31,895 nucleotides of DNA from Parvularia atlantis. Its lineage: Eukaryota. Positions 10,123 to 21,229 of the stretch are shown piece after piece. Both the position numbers and the translations under genes were made by a program. The notes under the pieces were generated by a model. That model worked only from the letters and a program-made list of their open reading frames with translations, searched no databases and had not been told where the DNA came from. The stretch is from positions 62,001 to 93,895 of the forward strand of contig CALSCO010001233.1 in the NCBI GenBank assembly GCA_943704415.1. The letters run 5' to 3'. Numbering within the stretch: position 1 is the stretch's first letter; every line of letters starts with the position of its first letter.

Positions 10123-12220
10123 ATGGACGGCGAGGAGTTTGAGCCGTCGGTGTGGGACACGGCGTACACCGCGCAGGTGCGCGCTCGCTGGCCGTGTGCA
10201 ACGCGTGCCCACGCCGCGCTCACGCGGAACCGCAGCCCTTCGCCGCGGCCGGCGGCGCCGTCGTCTCGGCCACGTTCGAGGAGAGCGTGCCGGCGGCGGT
10301 GCTCGCGTCGGCGTCGGCGCCGCCCGAGCCGTTCGAGAAGAAGGCGCGGTCGCCAGCAGCTGCACGACGACGGCGCACCTCGTTGACGTTGACGCACGCC
10401 GCGCAGTCGGAGCAAGTCCTGCTCGTCAAGATCTCCGCGCCCGAGAAGCACGGCGACGGCCTGGACGCGTACATCACGTACCAGATCAGCACGCAGGCGC
10501 GCGCCGCACCCGCACGTGCCCCGCCTCGCGCTCAACGTGCCGCGCCGCGCTCGCCAGACCAGCCTCGCGACCTACACCAACCCCAAGTGCACCGTGCGCC
10601 GGCGGTACCAGGACTTTCTCTGGCTGCGGTTACAGCTGACCAAGGAGCACCCGGCCGTCGTGCTGCCGCCGCTGCCCGAGAAGAACCGGCTCGGTGCGGC
10701 CGCGCCGTGCGCGACGCGATGACGTCGCCGGTGCTGATGAGCGCGCCACCGCCGCCGCCGCCCCAGAGTACCTCGACCGCTTCAGCCCAGAGTTCCTCCA
10801 GCGCCGCCAGGCCGCGCTGCAGCGCTTCCTCGACCGCGTGTGCACCCACCCGATCCTGCACAAGTCCGATGTGCTGCGCACGTTCCTTGAGGCCAAGGCC
10901 GCGGTGCGCAGCCGTCAATGCCGCGACGGCGCGGCCTCGCTTATGCCGACGGCGCCGCGACCAGTCGTTTGAGACGGCCAAGCAACTCAAGAAGGGCGCG
11001 ATGTTTGAGGACCTGGGCGACTCGCTCATCAACAGTTGCGCGCTTGTGCGCGCCGTTGCCGCGGACCGCCCACCGGCACGTGCGCGCAGCCTTCGCCAAG
11101 CTCAAGCGCCCGAACGACCGCTTCGTCGCCGTCGCCGAGTACCTCACCAAGCTCGAGGAGAGCCTGTACGGCCTCGAACGCCTGCACCTGCGCATCGTCA
11201 AGCGGCAAACGGGTGCGCCCTGCTCGGCTGGTCAAGCGCTCCATGGCTCACGCGGCGATCGCACCAGACATGGCCACCGAACTGGCCGACGTCGGCTCGT
11301 CGTTCACGCTGCTCAGCGGCAGCGAGGAGCTCACGGGCGAGGCGCTCCAAGCCATCGGCGCGTCGACTGACAAGCGCGTGCAGATTCTGAAGCAGATGGT
11401 GCGCGCTTCGGCCATCGCGCGCGTGTCGGCGCTCGCTGACGCCGTGCGCACACGGCTCAGAACGAAAACCTGCAGCTCGACTTTATCGAGCGCATCCGCG
11501 ACTACCTGCTGTACTGCCAGTCGATCCGAACCGTGCTGCGCGCGCGCGACCAGCGCCAGATGGAGTATGAGGACCTGAGCGACCTCCTGACGCAGCAGCT
11601 GGCCGAGCGCGACAAGCTCGTCATGGGCACGGGGTGCGCGCGGCGGCAGCGCCGACTGCGAAGTGCGCTGAGACGCCGCGCAGGAGCGGCGGCATGCTCT
11701 CGTGGCCACTCGGCGTCGGCGGCGGCGGCAGCAGCAGTGGCGCGAGCGGCGTCAGCACCAAGAATGACGAGCAGGCGAAGCAGGAGCGCATCGACAAGAT
11801 CAACGCCAAGATCAAGGAGGTGCGGCGGTGACGCCCACGCGCACGCAAACGTCCGGCTCACGCACCGCGACGTGCAGCTCGAGGAGACGGTCAAGGACTG
11901 CGGCGACGCGCTCAAGGCGTTCAACATCCTTGTCATGCAGGAGCTTGACATGTTCAACCGGGCCAAGGTGCGCTCGCACCCCACACGCGCGCGCCTTTGC
12001 AGGCCGCTCACACTGCGTTCGCGCCAGACCGACGATTTCAAACTGATCCTGCGCGACTACGCCCGCATCCACGCCGAGTTTTACAACAAGGTGCGGCCTT
12101 GACCGGCTCGCGTGCGCGCGCGCCTTCGTGCTGAGTGCGGGATGCATGCAGAGCGCGCAGGACTGGGAGTCGGTTGTGCCGACGATCGATGCCATCGCCG
12201 ACGCCCCGATCGACAAGTAG
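10123..12220 (+). CDS. SNX4: PX-BAR sorting nexin of the SNX4/SNX7/SNX30 (Snx4/Atg24) family; about 12 introns
   Basis: PX domain: VKISAPEKHGDGLDAYITYQIST...VRRRYQDFLWLRLQLTKEHPAVVLPPLPEK...DRFSPEFLQRRQAALQRFLDRVCTHPIL...LRTFLE. BAR domain: IRDYLLYCQSIRTVLRARDQRQMEYE...ELDMFNRAKTDDFKLILRDYA...QDWE. Stop TAG at 12218-12220. Confidence 0.9.
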
Positions 12221-12282
12221 GCCTGTGTCGTGTGTCGCTTTGTCCCCCTCCGCGTTTCGGTCCGAATGCTCACTTGACAGAC

Positions 12283-12554
12283 ATGAGCCTGCGGGCGAAG
12301 CGCATCACCGCGTGCACGCCCACGAAGCCGCCCAGCGCGCCGGCCGCGACCGCCGAGGCGTACGGCCCAGGCTGCGCGCATTGATTGCATCAACACGCGC
12401 ATCGGCCACGCGCACACGCACCCCGCGCACGGGCAGCTGGAAGCGCACGATCGCCCGGTGCGCGCTGTACCCGCCGGCTGCGCCGCAAGTGAGCGCGCGG
12501 CAGAGAGGGCGCGCAACGCAGGTGACGCACCGAGCACGGCGCAGAGATCGATGA
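12283..12554 (+). CDS. Uncertain short spliced ORF, or extra 5' exons of GNB1L
   Basis: ATG at 12283 with GC3-rich codons MSLRAKRITACTPTKPPSAPAATAEA, then a plausible GTACGG...GGGCAG intron into WKRTIAR. Several 3' splice solutions exist. Confidence 0.3.
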
Positions 12555-14002
12555 AGGCCATGTCGAATGTCGAGCCCGTTGGCGTGCTGCGCGCGGGCGA
12601 GGCGGGCGCGGCCGCGCCGACGGCGCTCGGCTTCGACGCGCGCGGCGCGCTGCTGGCGAGCGGGTGGCGTGCGCGTGCCGATGGGACGGCGGACGAGACG
12701 GCGGCTGACGGCGCGACGGCGGCAGCGACGCCGATGGCACGGTCCGCGTCTGGAGCATGTTCAGCCGGCGCGCGCTCGTCGTCGGGGCGCACGCCGCGCC
12801 CGTGCTCGCGACCGTCTTTGTCGACGACGCAGCGGATGGCAGCAACGCGGACGGGCCGATGCGCCTGCTGACGTGCGTCTGCGCGCGTTTGCCTTGGGCC
12901 GCGAGGCGATCAAGCGCGTTCCCCCGCAGCCACGCACGCGACCACCGTCTGTGCCTGTGGGAGCTGCGGTACGTCGTGGACGACCTGGACGCGACGGTGG
13001 CAGAAGGCGGCGGCGGCAGTGACAGCGCAGCGATGGCCCTGCTCGGCGACCCGGACAGCCGCGCGACCGCCCGCCGCGTTGCCGAGATTGAGCTGCAGAC
13101 GCTCAACTTCTGCCGCGTCGCCGTGCTGCCGGGGCCGTCCGACGCCGTGCGTCAGCGTGCGCCGCTCGCGCTTCACGATGCTCGGCCGCGCTCACAGCGG
13201 GATGCGGCAGTGCTCGGCGCGCCCGGGCCGGACGCCGTCGTCGTCGCAGCCGTGTCGCCCGCCGCCGACAGCGCGGTGCGCCGCGCTTCGCGGTCTCGTG
13301 GTCCGCCTCATGAACCGTCTTGCGCCGCGCGCGCGGCAGGTCGACTTGCTCGACGCCGCCACGGGCCGCCGGCTGCGCGAGGCCATCGGCACGGGCGACC
13401 GCGACCGCGGCATGTGCATGGCGCTGAGCCTGTTCACGGCGGACGGCGACGTGCGGCTGCTGGTCGCGTACGAGGGCGGACACGTTGCGCTGTACGACGC
13501 TGCGGCGCGCACCCAGCTCGCGGCCGTGCGGCTGCACAGCGAGCCGAGTGCGTCGCTTGCTTGCGCACTGATGCGATCCGACTGATCATGCGCGCACCGC
13601 GCAGTCCTGTGCATGGCGCACGTGCCACAGCACGCGCTGCTCTTCACGGGCTCGGCCGACACGCACCTGGGCCTTGCGGGCGTGACGGCGACCGTGCGCG
13701 CGCACGCATCATCACATTGATGATCTTCTCACCGCGCCCTGGCGCAGACGCTCGACGTGCGCCAGGGCATGACGCTGCCGGCCGTGGGGCTCGCCGACGT
13801 CGCCGCGCGCCCCGACGGCCGGATCGTCGCGGCGGCCGGCTGGGACGGGCGGATACGCGTGTTTGCGGCGCGGACGCAGCGGCCTCTGGCCGTGCTCGAG
13901 TTTCACCGCGAGGGCGTCAACGCGGTGGCGTTTGCGCCGCGCGGCAACGCGCTCGCCGCGGGCAGCAAGGACAAGCGCATCTCCCTGTGGCGCCTGTTCT
14001 GA
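12551..14002 (+). CDS. GNB1L: WD40 protein GNB1L/Asa1 (ASTRA/TTT-associated); about 6 introns; start at 12551 or 12560
   Basis: EPVGVLRA...LLASGDADGTVRVWS...LLTHARDHRLCLWEL...LNFCRVAV...GMCMALSL...LLVAYEGGHVALYD...HSEPILCM...VAARPDGRIVAAAGWDGRIRVF...PLAVLEFHREGVNAVAF...LAAGSKDKRISLWRLF*, closely resembling the GNB1L/Asa1 C-terminus. Confidence 0.88.
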
Positions 14003-14063
14003 CGATCTCTTGCTTGGCGCAGTGAGAGCCAGGATACAAGTACTTAGTATTTATTGGCGAACA

Positions 14064-15416
14064 ATGGTCACCATACCGCGTACGCACCGCGGGCTGCTGC
14101 TGGCGCTCGTGGCGACGGCGCTCGGCGTCTACGCCGCGTGCAGCCTGCTCGATATGCGCCTCGTGTTTGTCCGCGGCGACGCGACGCAGCACGTCCTGTA
14201 CCACGGCGTGCGCGCGAGCATTCTGTGCAGCCGCACGTGCCGTGCCGACGGCGCAGCCGGGTCCAGCACCGTGCGCACGATGACCCTGGCCGACGGCGCG
14301 TGGGCCGGCGCGCCCCCGAGCGTCGCGACGTGCGACTGCGCGGCCGTCGCGCCGCTCGACGGTAGCTCAAATGGCACCGCCGCCGCCGCCGCCGCCGCCG
14401 CCTCGGCCTGGCCGCTACACCCGGGCTTCCGCCTGCCCGGCGACGCGTGCTACGAGTTCCTCTCGACCGTGCCCAAGACGCGCAACGCGACGCGGCCGGT
14501 CATGTTCCACGTCTATTGGCGCACGATCACCGCCGACATCGGCCCCGTCCAGCGCGCCGCCCTCAGAGCCATCTTCGCGACGCAGGACCCCGCCCACACG
14601 TCGGTCACGCTCTGGACGGCCGGGCGGCCGCTCAACCCGGCGCCTGTGCACGACCTGCTGCAGCGATTCGGCCCGACGCATCGCTTCATAATCAGGGGCG
14701 TCAATTTGACGGAGCTCGCCGCCGGCACCCCTGTGGAACGCCTCGAGCGCGACGGCACGCTCACGCGCCTGACTGAGCGCGACAAGATGGCCTACCTCGA
14801 CGGCGACCTCGTGCGCCTGCTCGCGCTGTGGCACACGGGCGGCGTCTGGGTCGACCTGGACGCGATCCTTCTGCGCAGCCTCGCGCCGCTGCTGCACGAG
14901 GAGTGGCTGCACGAGTGGGACTGCGACCTGCCGCGCCACTACCCGCTCAACATGGCCGTGGGCCACTTCCGCAAGCACAGCAGGTTCCTCCACCAGTTTC
15001 TCGAGGGCGTCGTGCGCCTGATCGACGCCGGACACGTGCCCACGCCCGACAGCCTCGACCTCGGCGCGTTCCTGTACTGGGGCGTGATGCAGGACCACAT
15101 CGTCCGCCAGCGCGTCTTTCCCGTCGCCGGCGTCCTGCCCTGGTGCTTTGTCGACTCGACCATCTGTCGCGGATTGTGGCGCGTCGGGCACCAGACGCCG
15201 TACCACGACAACGAGGCCGCGCCCGTCCTCGCGCCCGCCGATATCTACGTCGGCGGCGAGCACAAAACGTCGCTCGACCAGCGCGCGGCGCTCCAGGGCT
15301 TCGCGCTGCACCTGCACCACGCCTGGAACAGCCCCATCGCGCCCAATTCGCCGCTCGGGCTCGCGATCAAGGCACACGACGACATTCTCGCAGCCAGCGC
15401 GCCGCCCGCGGCCTGA
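14064..15416 (+). CDS. Type II membrane glycosyltransferase with DxD motif, GT32 (alpha-1,4-glycosyltransferase/Gb3 synthase-like); contiguous ORF
   Basis: N-terminal signal anchor GLLLALVATALGVYAACSLL, then FHVYW, ALRAIFATQ, ELAAGTPVE, and DLVRLLALWHTGGVWVDLDAILLRSLAPL (GT32 signature). Stop TGA at 15414-15416. Confidence 0.85.
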   Translation: MVTIPRTHRGLLLALVATALGVYAACSLLDMRLVFVRGDATQHVLYHGVRASILCSRTCRADGAAGSSTVRTMTLADGAWAGAPPSVATCDCAAVAPLDGSSNGTAAAAAAAASAWPLHPGFRLPGDACYEFLSTVPKTRNATRPVMFHVYWRTITADIGPVQRAALRAIFATQDPAHTSVTLWTAGRPLNPAPVHDLLQRFGPTHRFIIRGVNLTELAAGTPVERLERDGTLTRLTERDKMAYLDGDLVRLLALWHTGGVWVDLDAILLRSLAPLLHEEWLHEWDCDLPRHYPLNMAVGHFRKHSRFLHQFLEGVVRLIDAGHVPTPDSLDLGAFLYWGVMQDHIVRQRVFPVAGVLPWCFVDSTICRGLWRVGHQTPYHDNEAAPVLAPADIYVGGEHKTSLDQRAALQGFALHLHHAWNSPIAPNSPLGLAIKAHDDILAASAPPAA

Positions 15417-15487
15417 CCACCGCCCCGACGCTCGACTAGTTATCTGGCTGTGGCTGTACACGAAACACACACGCTGGCATGCGGCGC

Positions 15488-18400
15488 TCACAGCACCGCG
15501 CGCCGCTGCTGGCTCTTGGCGAGCCGCCGGCTGAGCTCGAAAAATTGCGCGGCCTCGTCGGCCAGCTCCGCGGTCTTGTTGGACAGCTCGTTCAGCTTCT
15601 CGCCGCGCTCCTGCAGCGCGCGCATCGCGCTCGAGAACGGGTTGTCCTCCATCGTCAGCACGGCCTCGATCTCGCTCGCGCTCATCTTGTCCTTGACTGC
15701 GGCGCGCGGGTCAGCCCCGCGCGAGCACGTGTGAGCACTCTCGCGCGCGCACAGAGCCCGTCGACGTTGACGTGCTCGTCCACCAGCGGCTCCTTCTTCT
15801 CGGACGAGCGCTTGAAGAGCGACTTGACCGCGCGGATCGACGTCCCGACCGACTTGAGCTTCAGGCTCGCCTTCTCGCGCATGGCCGCCTGCGCGACGGC
15901 GCGACCGACGTGAGTGCCAGGGCACGCCCTCCGCGGGCCACGCGCACGTTGGCCACCGCCGCCGTCGTCCGCTCGGTGATGAGCGTGATCGCGGCCGTAC
16001 GCCCCGTCGTTGACGTCGACGCCTGCGCGAGCAGCCCGAGCTGGATCACCTCGCCGTGGTCCGTCAGCACGATCACAACGTCCTCGTCCGGGCAGACCGA
16101 GTTAACCAGGTTCCTGCGCACACGCCCGGTCAGCGCCGTCCGTACGCAGGCTCCACCGCGCGCGCACTTGATGTTGAACGGCACGGGCTGGCGCGACACA
16201 AGCTTGAGGTCTGGCAGCGAGTACACCACGAGCGCGGCCTTCATCTTGCCGTGGTTGTCGCCCTCGGCGTCGGCCGCGACGTCAACAAAGCCAACGAGGA
16301 AGGTGGCGTCTGCCGGGCTGCCATCAGACCACACACGCGCGCGTGTGGGGCGCTGCGCGCCGCACCCAGCATCGTCTTGAGGAACGCCATATGGATCGCG
16401 CCCTCGGGCGTGATCTTGGTCAGGTACACATTGTCCGGCAGCGAGTAGATCCGCACGTGGTTCTCCGACACGGCCAGCAGCGGATGCGTCGACCCTGCCA
16501 CGGTGCGCGGGCTGAGCGAGCACCAGCGGCGCGGCAGTGGTATGCGCGGACGCACCGTCTATTCCTGCGTCCTCGGTGCGGCTCGCCTTGCCCTTGCCGC
16601 TGCCTGCAGCTGCCGGGCGGTTCCAGGACGGGTCGAACGCTGTCGCCCCCGTCAGACACCTGCAACGTGCACGTGCGTGCGTGCGTATGCGCCCAACGCA
16701 CCGACGAGCGCGTGCAGCCGCGAAGGCTTCTTGGCCGAGAACGTGTGCATGTTGGTGAACGTCTGCAGGCTCACGACGTGGATAGCGCCTGCACATCCCG
16801 CGTGTCAGCGTCGGTCGAGCGGGCCAGTGCGCCGCCACCGTTCGCCAGCCCGCAGTAGAGGCAGTCGGTCGGCTTGGCGGTCGCGGCCACAGCCTTGGCC
16901 TGCGGGTGCGTCTGCGTCTTGCTGGCCTGGACGCTCTGCGTCTCTGTACCGCGGTGCGCGCTCGCGCAACAGGGTGAGCGACGTCCGTGCACTCGCGCGC
17001 GAGCGAGACGCACGCGGGATGGCCGCAAGGTCGACAAACTCAATGCACGTAACCTGCGACCGGCTCTCGAGCTGCAGCTTGGCCAGCACCTTGCCCGTGC
17101 GGTTCTCGAGCAGCATCAGCCCGCCCAGCGCGTCGCCGGCCACGAGACTGCAATGGCAACGGCGGTCAGCCCCAGCCGCCGCACAACAGCGGTAACGACG
17201 ACGCACTAGTGCGACGTGACGGGCACGAGCAGCGAGACCGGGTGCCCGTTGAAGGCAACGCAGCTGCGCACGTTGAGCTTCTGCGCCCTACACGTCGCTG
17301 TGTGAGCGCCTGCAGCCGCGCGCCGCGCACAGGCAAACCCAAGCTCGAGCATGGCGACGTGGCTGGTTTTGAAGCCGAGCGTGAGCAGCGTGTCGCCGCG
17401 GCCGTCGCTCGTCAGGCGCACGACGGTCACGGCCGTGTACTCGAGCTTGTCGTCGATCGGCAGCTGGTCCATGCGCAGCACGGCGATGCGCCGCAGGAAC
17501 GCGCCGCGGCCCGTCTCCCTGCGCAGCCGTCGGCACACACGGCGCGCCCAGCCAAACGCATCGCGCACACCAGATCTGTACAACGCCGTCCTTGTGCCCC
17601 GTCGCAAACACGCGCTGCCGGCTCGCCTCGGTCGGTGTGTACGCGACCGAGCCGCCGTCGACCATGCCGAGCTGTGCACGCGTGAGAGAGAGGGGTGCGT
17701 CTGACGTGACTGTGCCGCGGCACCTCGGCCATGTCGCGCGCCGTGTCGTCGTCCATGCGCCCGTTCGACTGCTGCGTCATCTCGAGCATGCGCACGACCT
17801 GCGCCGGCATGTCGTACGAGTCGCTCATGCTCATGGCCTGCGGGAACGCGAGGCTCGGCTGCACGGACGCCGACGTGCGCCCCTTGAACCGGATGTCGTG
17901 GAGGAGCAGCTGGCACCGGCTGAACGTGAGCAGCGCGCGCGGTGGCTCTGCGAGTTGCGAGCGGTCAGCAAACTGCGGCGCGCCGAGCCAACCCGTCGAC
18001 ACACCGTCGGCCGGGCCGCCGTCGCGGTTGACGACGATAAAGTAATCGCAGTCGTCGTCGAGCGCGACGAGGATGTGCGACGTGTACTGCTCGCCGCGCA
18101 TGATGACGACGCCGTGCGGCTCGTACTCGAGCATGCCGCCCGTGACGACGAGCGACGCGGGCGCGTCCGTGCTGAGAAGTATTCTCGTCAGCGGACGCGC
18201 GAGCAACGTCGGCGGTGGTCCGAGCGCACCCGTACGGCCCGCCGCCGTGCGCCCACTCGACCTGCCGGACGGGGCTGCGCTTGCCCTTGTCGCTCGTCAC
18301 TGCGCGGCGCGTCAGCAAGGCCGCGCGCGTGTCTGCGCCGGCCGCAGTGCACCGCAAAACCGCTTGAGCGGCTTGGGCGAGGCCGCGTCCCAGATCGCAA

Positions 18401-19406
18401 GCGTGCCGTCCTCGTGGCCGGTCACAAACTGGTCGCCGCCCGCGTGCCAGCACATCGACTGGACGGGCTGCGCGGCGGCATGAGCGTGCACAGCGTGCGT
18501 GTATGTGGATGCGCACACCTGCGTGTTGGCGTACTTGAGCGCGATGGCGTGACGGTTGAGGTCCCACAGGATCACGGTGCCGTCGTCGTACGCGACGAGC
18601 ACGCTGTTCTCGTTGGCCGGGTTGCAGGCGATGCAGGCCACGGGCACGTCCCTGCCGGCGGTCGCTCAGCCGCCAAACGCAAGCGAGACAGGCGACCGGC
18701 GACGTACGTGCAGTCTTCGGACGGGGTGATGGCGTACTTGCACATGGAGAACGCGGCGAGGTCAAACACGAGCACGCGCCCGTCGTCGATGCCGAAGAAG
18801 CAGTAGTTGCCGCTGGGCGTGAGCACGGCACAGGTGATGCTGGCGGCGCGCCCCCCGGTTGGAGCACGTGTCAGATCGCGCGCACGTGCCCATGACAGCG
18901 CACGTGTCACGGAACGCCGCGCGCTTGATCGGCCCGGGCTCGCGCAGGCCCCACAGCTGCACGTGGCTCTTGCTGTCGATCGAGACGAGCCGCGCGGGGC
19001 CGGGCAGGAAGAACAGGTGCGTGATCTTGGCCACGCACGGCGCGTATAGCGTGACCTCGACGCCGTTGCCGCCGAGGCTGCGCGCCTCGCATCGGCGCTG
19101 TGCACCGACCGCACGCGCGCGCCACGCACACTTTGACGTCGCCAAAGAGCGAACCCGCGGCGACGAGCCCGAGCATGCTGTCGTACGCGATGGCCGTGCA
19201 CGGATACGGCAGGCCGTGATGCGCGCTGCACATGTGCGGCCCCCGCGGTCAGCATCAGCGACGACGCGCGGCACGGGGCCGATCGCGCGGGCGGCGCACA
19301 CGACGCGCGGCGAGAACGCGTCGCTGTCGACCGAGACCTCAAACACGGGCCCGGCGTAGGTCAGCTTGGACCGCGCCTTGGCCGTGAGACGGCGCAGCGT
19401 GTCCAT
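15488..19406 (-). CDS. STXBP5: Tomosyn/Sro7/Lgl-family WD40 protein with a C-terminal R-SNARE-like motif (syntaxin-binding protein 5-like); about 18 introns
   Basis: HHGLPYPCTAIAYDSMLGLVAAGSLFGDVKVLGGNGVEV, NPANENSVLVAYDDGTVILWDL, CWHAGGDQFVTGHEDGTLAIWD, FATGHKDGVVQIW. The tail AMRALQERGEKLNELSNKTAELADEAAQFFELSRRL is tomosyn SNARE-like. Confidence 0.88.
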
Positions 19407-19484
19407 GTCGCTCGCGGTAAATGACACGATGGCGTCTGCGAACGCGAATCCTACGGCGCCGCGTGTGCTCAGGTTTCCGCGGCC

Positions 19485-21198
19485 ATGGCGCAGCGCCATG
19501 TTGGGCGTCGGGCCGGCGCGCCCGGCGGCTTAACCGGCGGCGGAGGGCACTCGCGCAACGCGTCCGTGTCGTCGCAGACAAGCGCGGGCGAGGGCGGCGG
19601 CGTCGCGGCCGCGCACGACGACGTGCCCGTCACGCCCGTCTCGGCGCGCCCGCCGGCCGTGGGCAGCGCGCCCGCGACGCCGACCGGTGCGCGATCGGCG
19701 CCGCGCGACGTTCGCATCCCGCTCACGAACGCTCCCCTCCCGCAACCAGCAACGGCGCAGGAGGAGCGGGCGCGGCGGCGCGCGCGCGGGCTGCTCAAGG
19801 ACTTTTACGGCCTCGAGAAGAAGGCCGAGACCAAGACGGACCCGCTCGACATCGGTGCGTGGGACGCTGAGGCGGGAGAGGCGCGGCGGCTCACGGCGCG
19901 CCGCAGACGGCGCCGACTTTGACCAGGAGCTGTTTCTGCGCAAGATGCTCGCCGAGAAGCCGCTGGAGGAGCTGCTGCAGACCGACAACCAGTTTCACTC
20001 GGGTGCGCGGCAACGCACGCGTCGCACGCACCGCCGCATCCGACGACCGCGACACACCGCAGAGATCAAGAAGCTCGACAGCGACATGAAGACGCTCGTG
20101 TACGACAACTACAACAAGTTCATCAGCGCCACAGACGTGATCCGCAAGGTGCGTGCGCGCCCGCGGCCGCACGAGGGCCCGCGCCGACGGCGCCCGCGCG
20201 CAGATGAAGACCAACGTCGACGACATGAGCAAGGAGATGGACAAGCTGCGCAAGAACATGCAGCAGATTACCGAGGGCTCGAGCACGGTCAACACGAGCC
20301 TGGTCGAGAAGCGCAACATAATCAACCAGCTCTCGGGCGTGCACGGGCTCATCCGCAAGGTGCGGCGGCGACAACGGCGGCGGCGGCGTGTCCTGCGCTA
20401 ACATCGCTGGCGCGACGCAGATCGAGTTTGTCTTTGAGCTGCCCGCGCGCCTGCGCAAGTGCGTCGACGCCGAGGCGTACGGCCAGGGTGGGTGCCGCAC
20501 GCGCACGGCAAGCGTACGCAATGCCTGAGCGCCCGCCGCGCAGCCTGGCGGTACTACTCGCGCACGAGCGCGGTGCTGAGCCACTACGGCAACCTGCCGT
20601 CGTTCGCGCCGATCCAGAAGGAGTGCGAGGTGATCATGAAGAAGGTCGCGCTCAAGCTGAACGAGCGGCTGAGCGATGAAACGGTCCGCCACCGCGCAAG
20701 GCTGCGTGGCCGAGCTTACGCGCTTCGCCGCCTCACAGACCAAGCCGCACGAGCTCACCGAGGCGGTGCAGATCCTGCTCGGCCTGAAAGAGTCGGCGCA
20801 GAACCTGTGGAAGGCCTACGTGAAGAGGTGCGTGCGGACGCGCGCATGCTGCGTCTGCTCACGACGCGACGCCGCAGCCAAAAGAAGGCGCTCCAGCTGT
20901 GCCTGCACCGCGCGAGCATCTTTGACCCGTCGGACCCGGAGGCCTTTGGCGTGGTCGAGGTCGTTGGCAAAGGTGCGCAGGGGCTGCGACCCTCGGCCGC
21001 ACGCTCACATTGCTTTTGCGGGACAGACAACGTCGTTGTGTCGTACAAGATCCTCGAGCGCAAGTCGGGCAAGGCAATGTCAAACGCCTCGCCCGCGCCC
21101 GCCCCCGCGCCCGCGCCCGTACCCGCGCCCGTGCAGGCCCCGACTCCCGCGTCCACGCCCGCGTCCGCGCCCAACGATGCGGCCACTGGGGGCGCTGC

Positions 21199-21229
<31 letters not shown>

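Noticed and set aside
17206..17345. Apparent in-frame TAG and possibly non-canonical junction in tomosyn (stop-codon reassignment?)
   Set aside because: Resolved canonically: CTT GG|GT...TAG|G GCG CAG, and CAC TA|GT...CAG|T (Tyr). TAG and TGA are used as normal stops elsewhere.
19407..19499. Upstream ATG at 19499 making tomosyn overlap the VPS51 start
   Set aside because: The extension has no family resemblance and weaker codon bias. ATG 19406 is the more plausible start.
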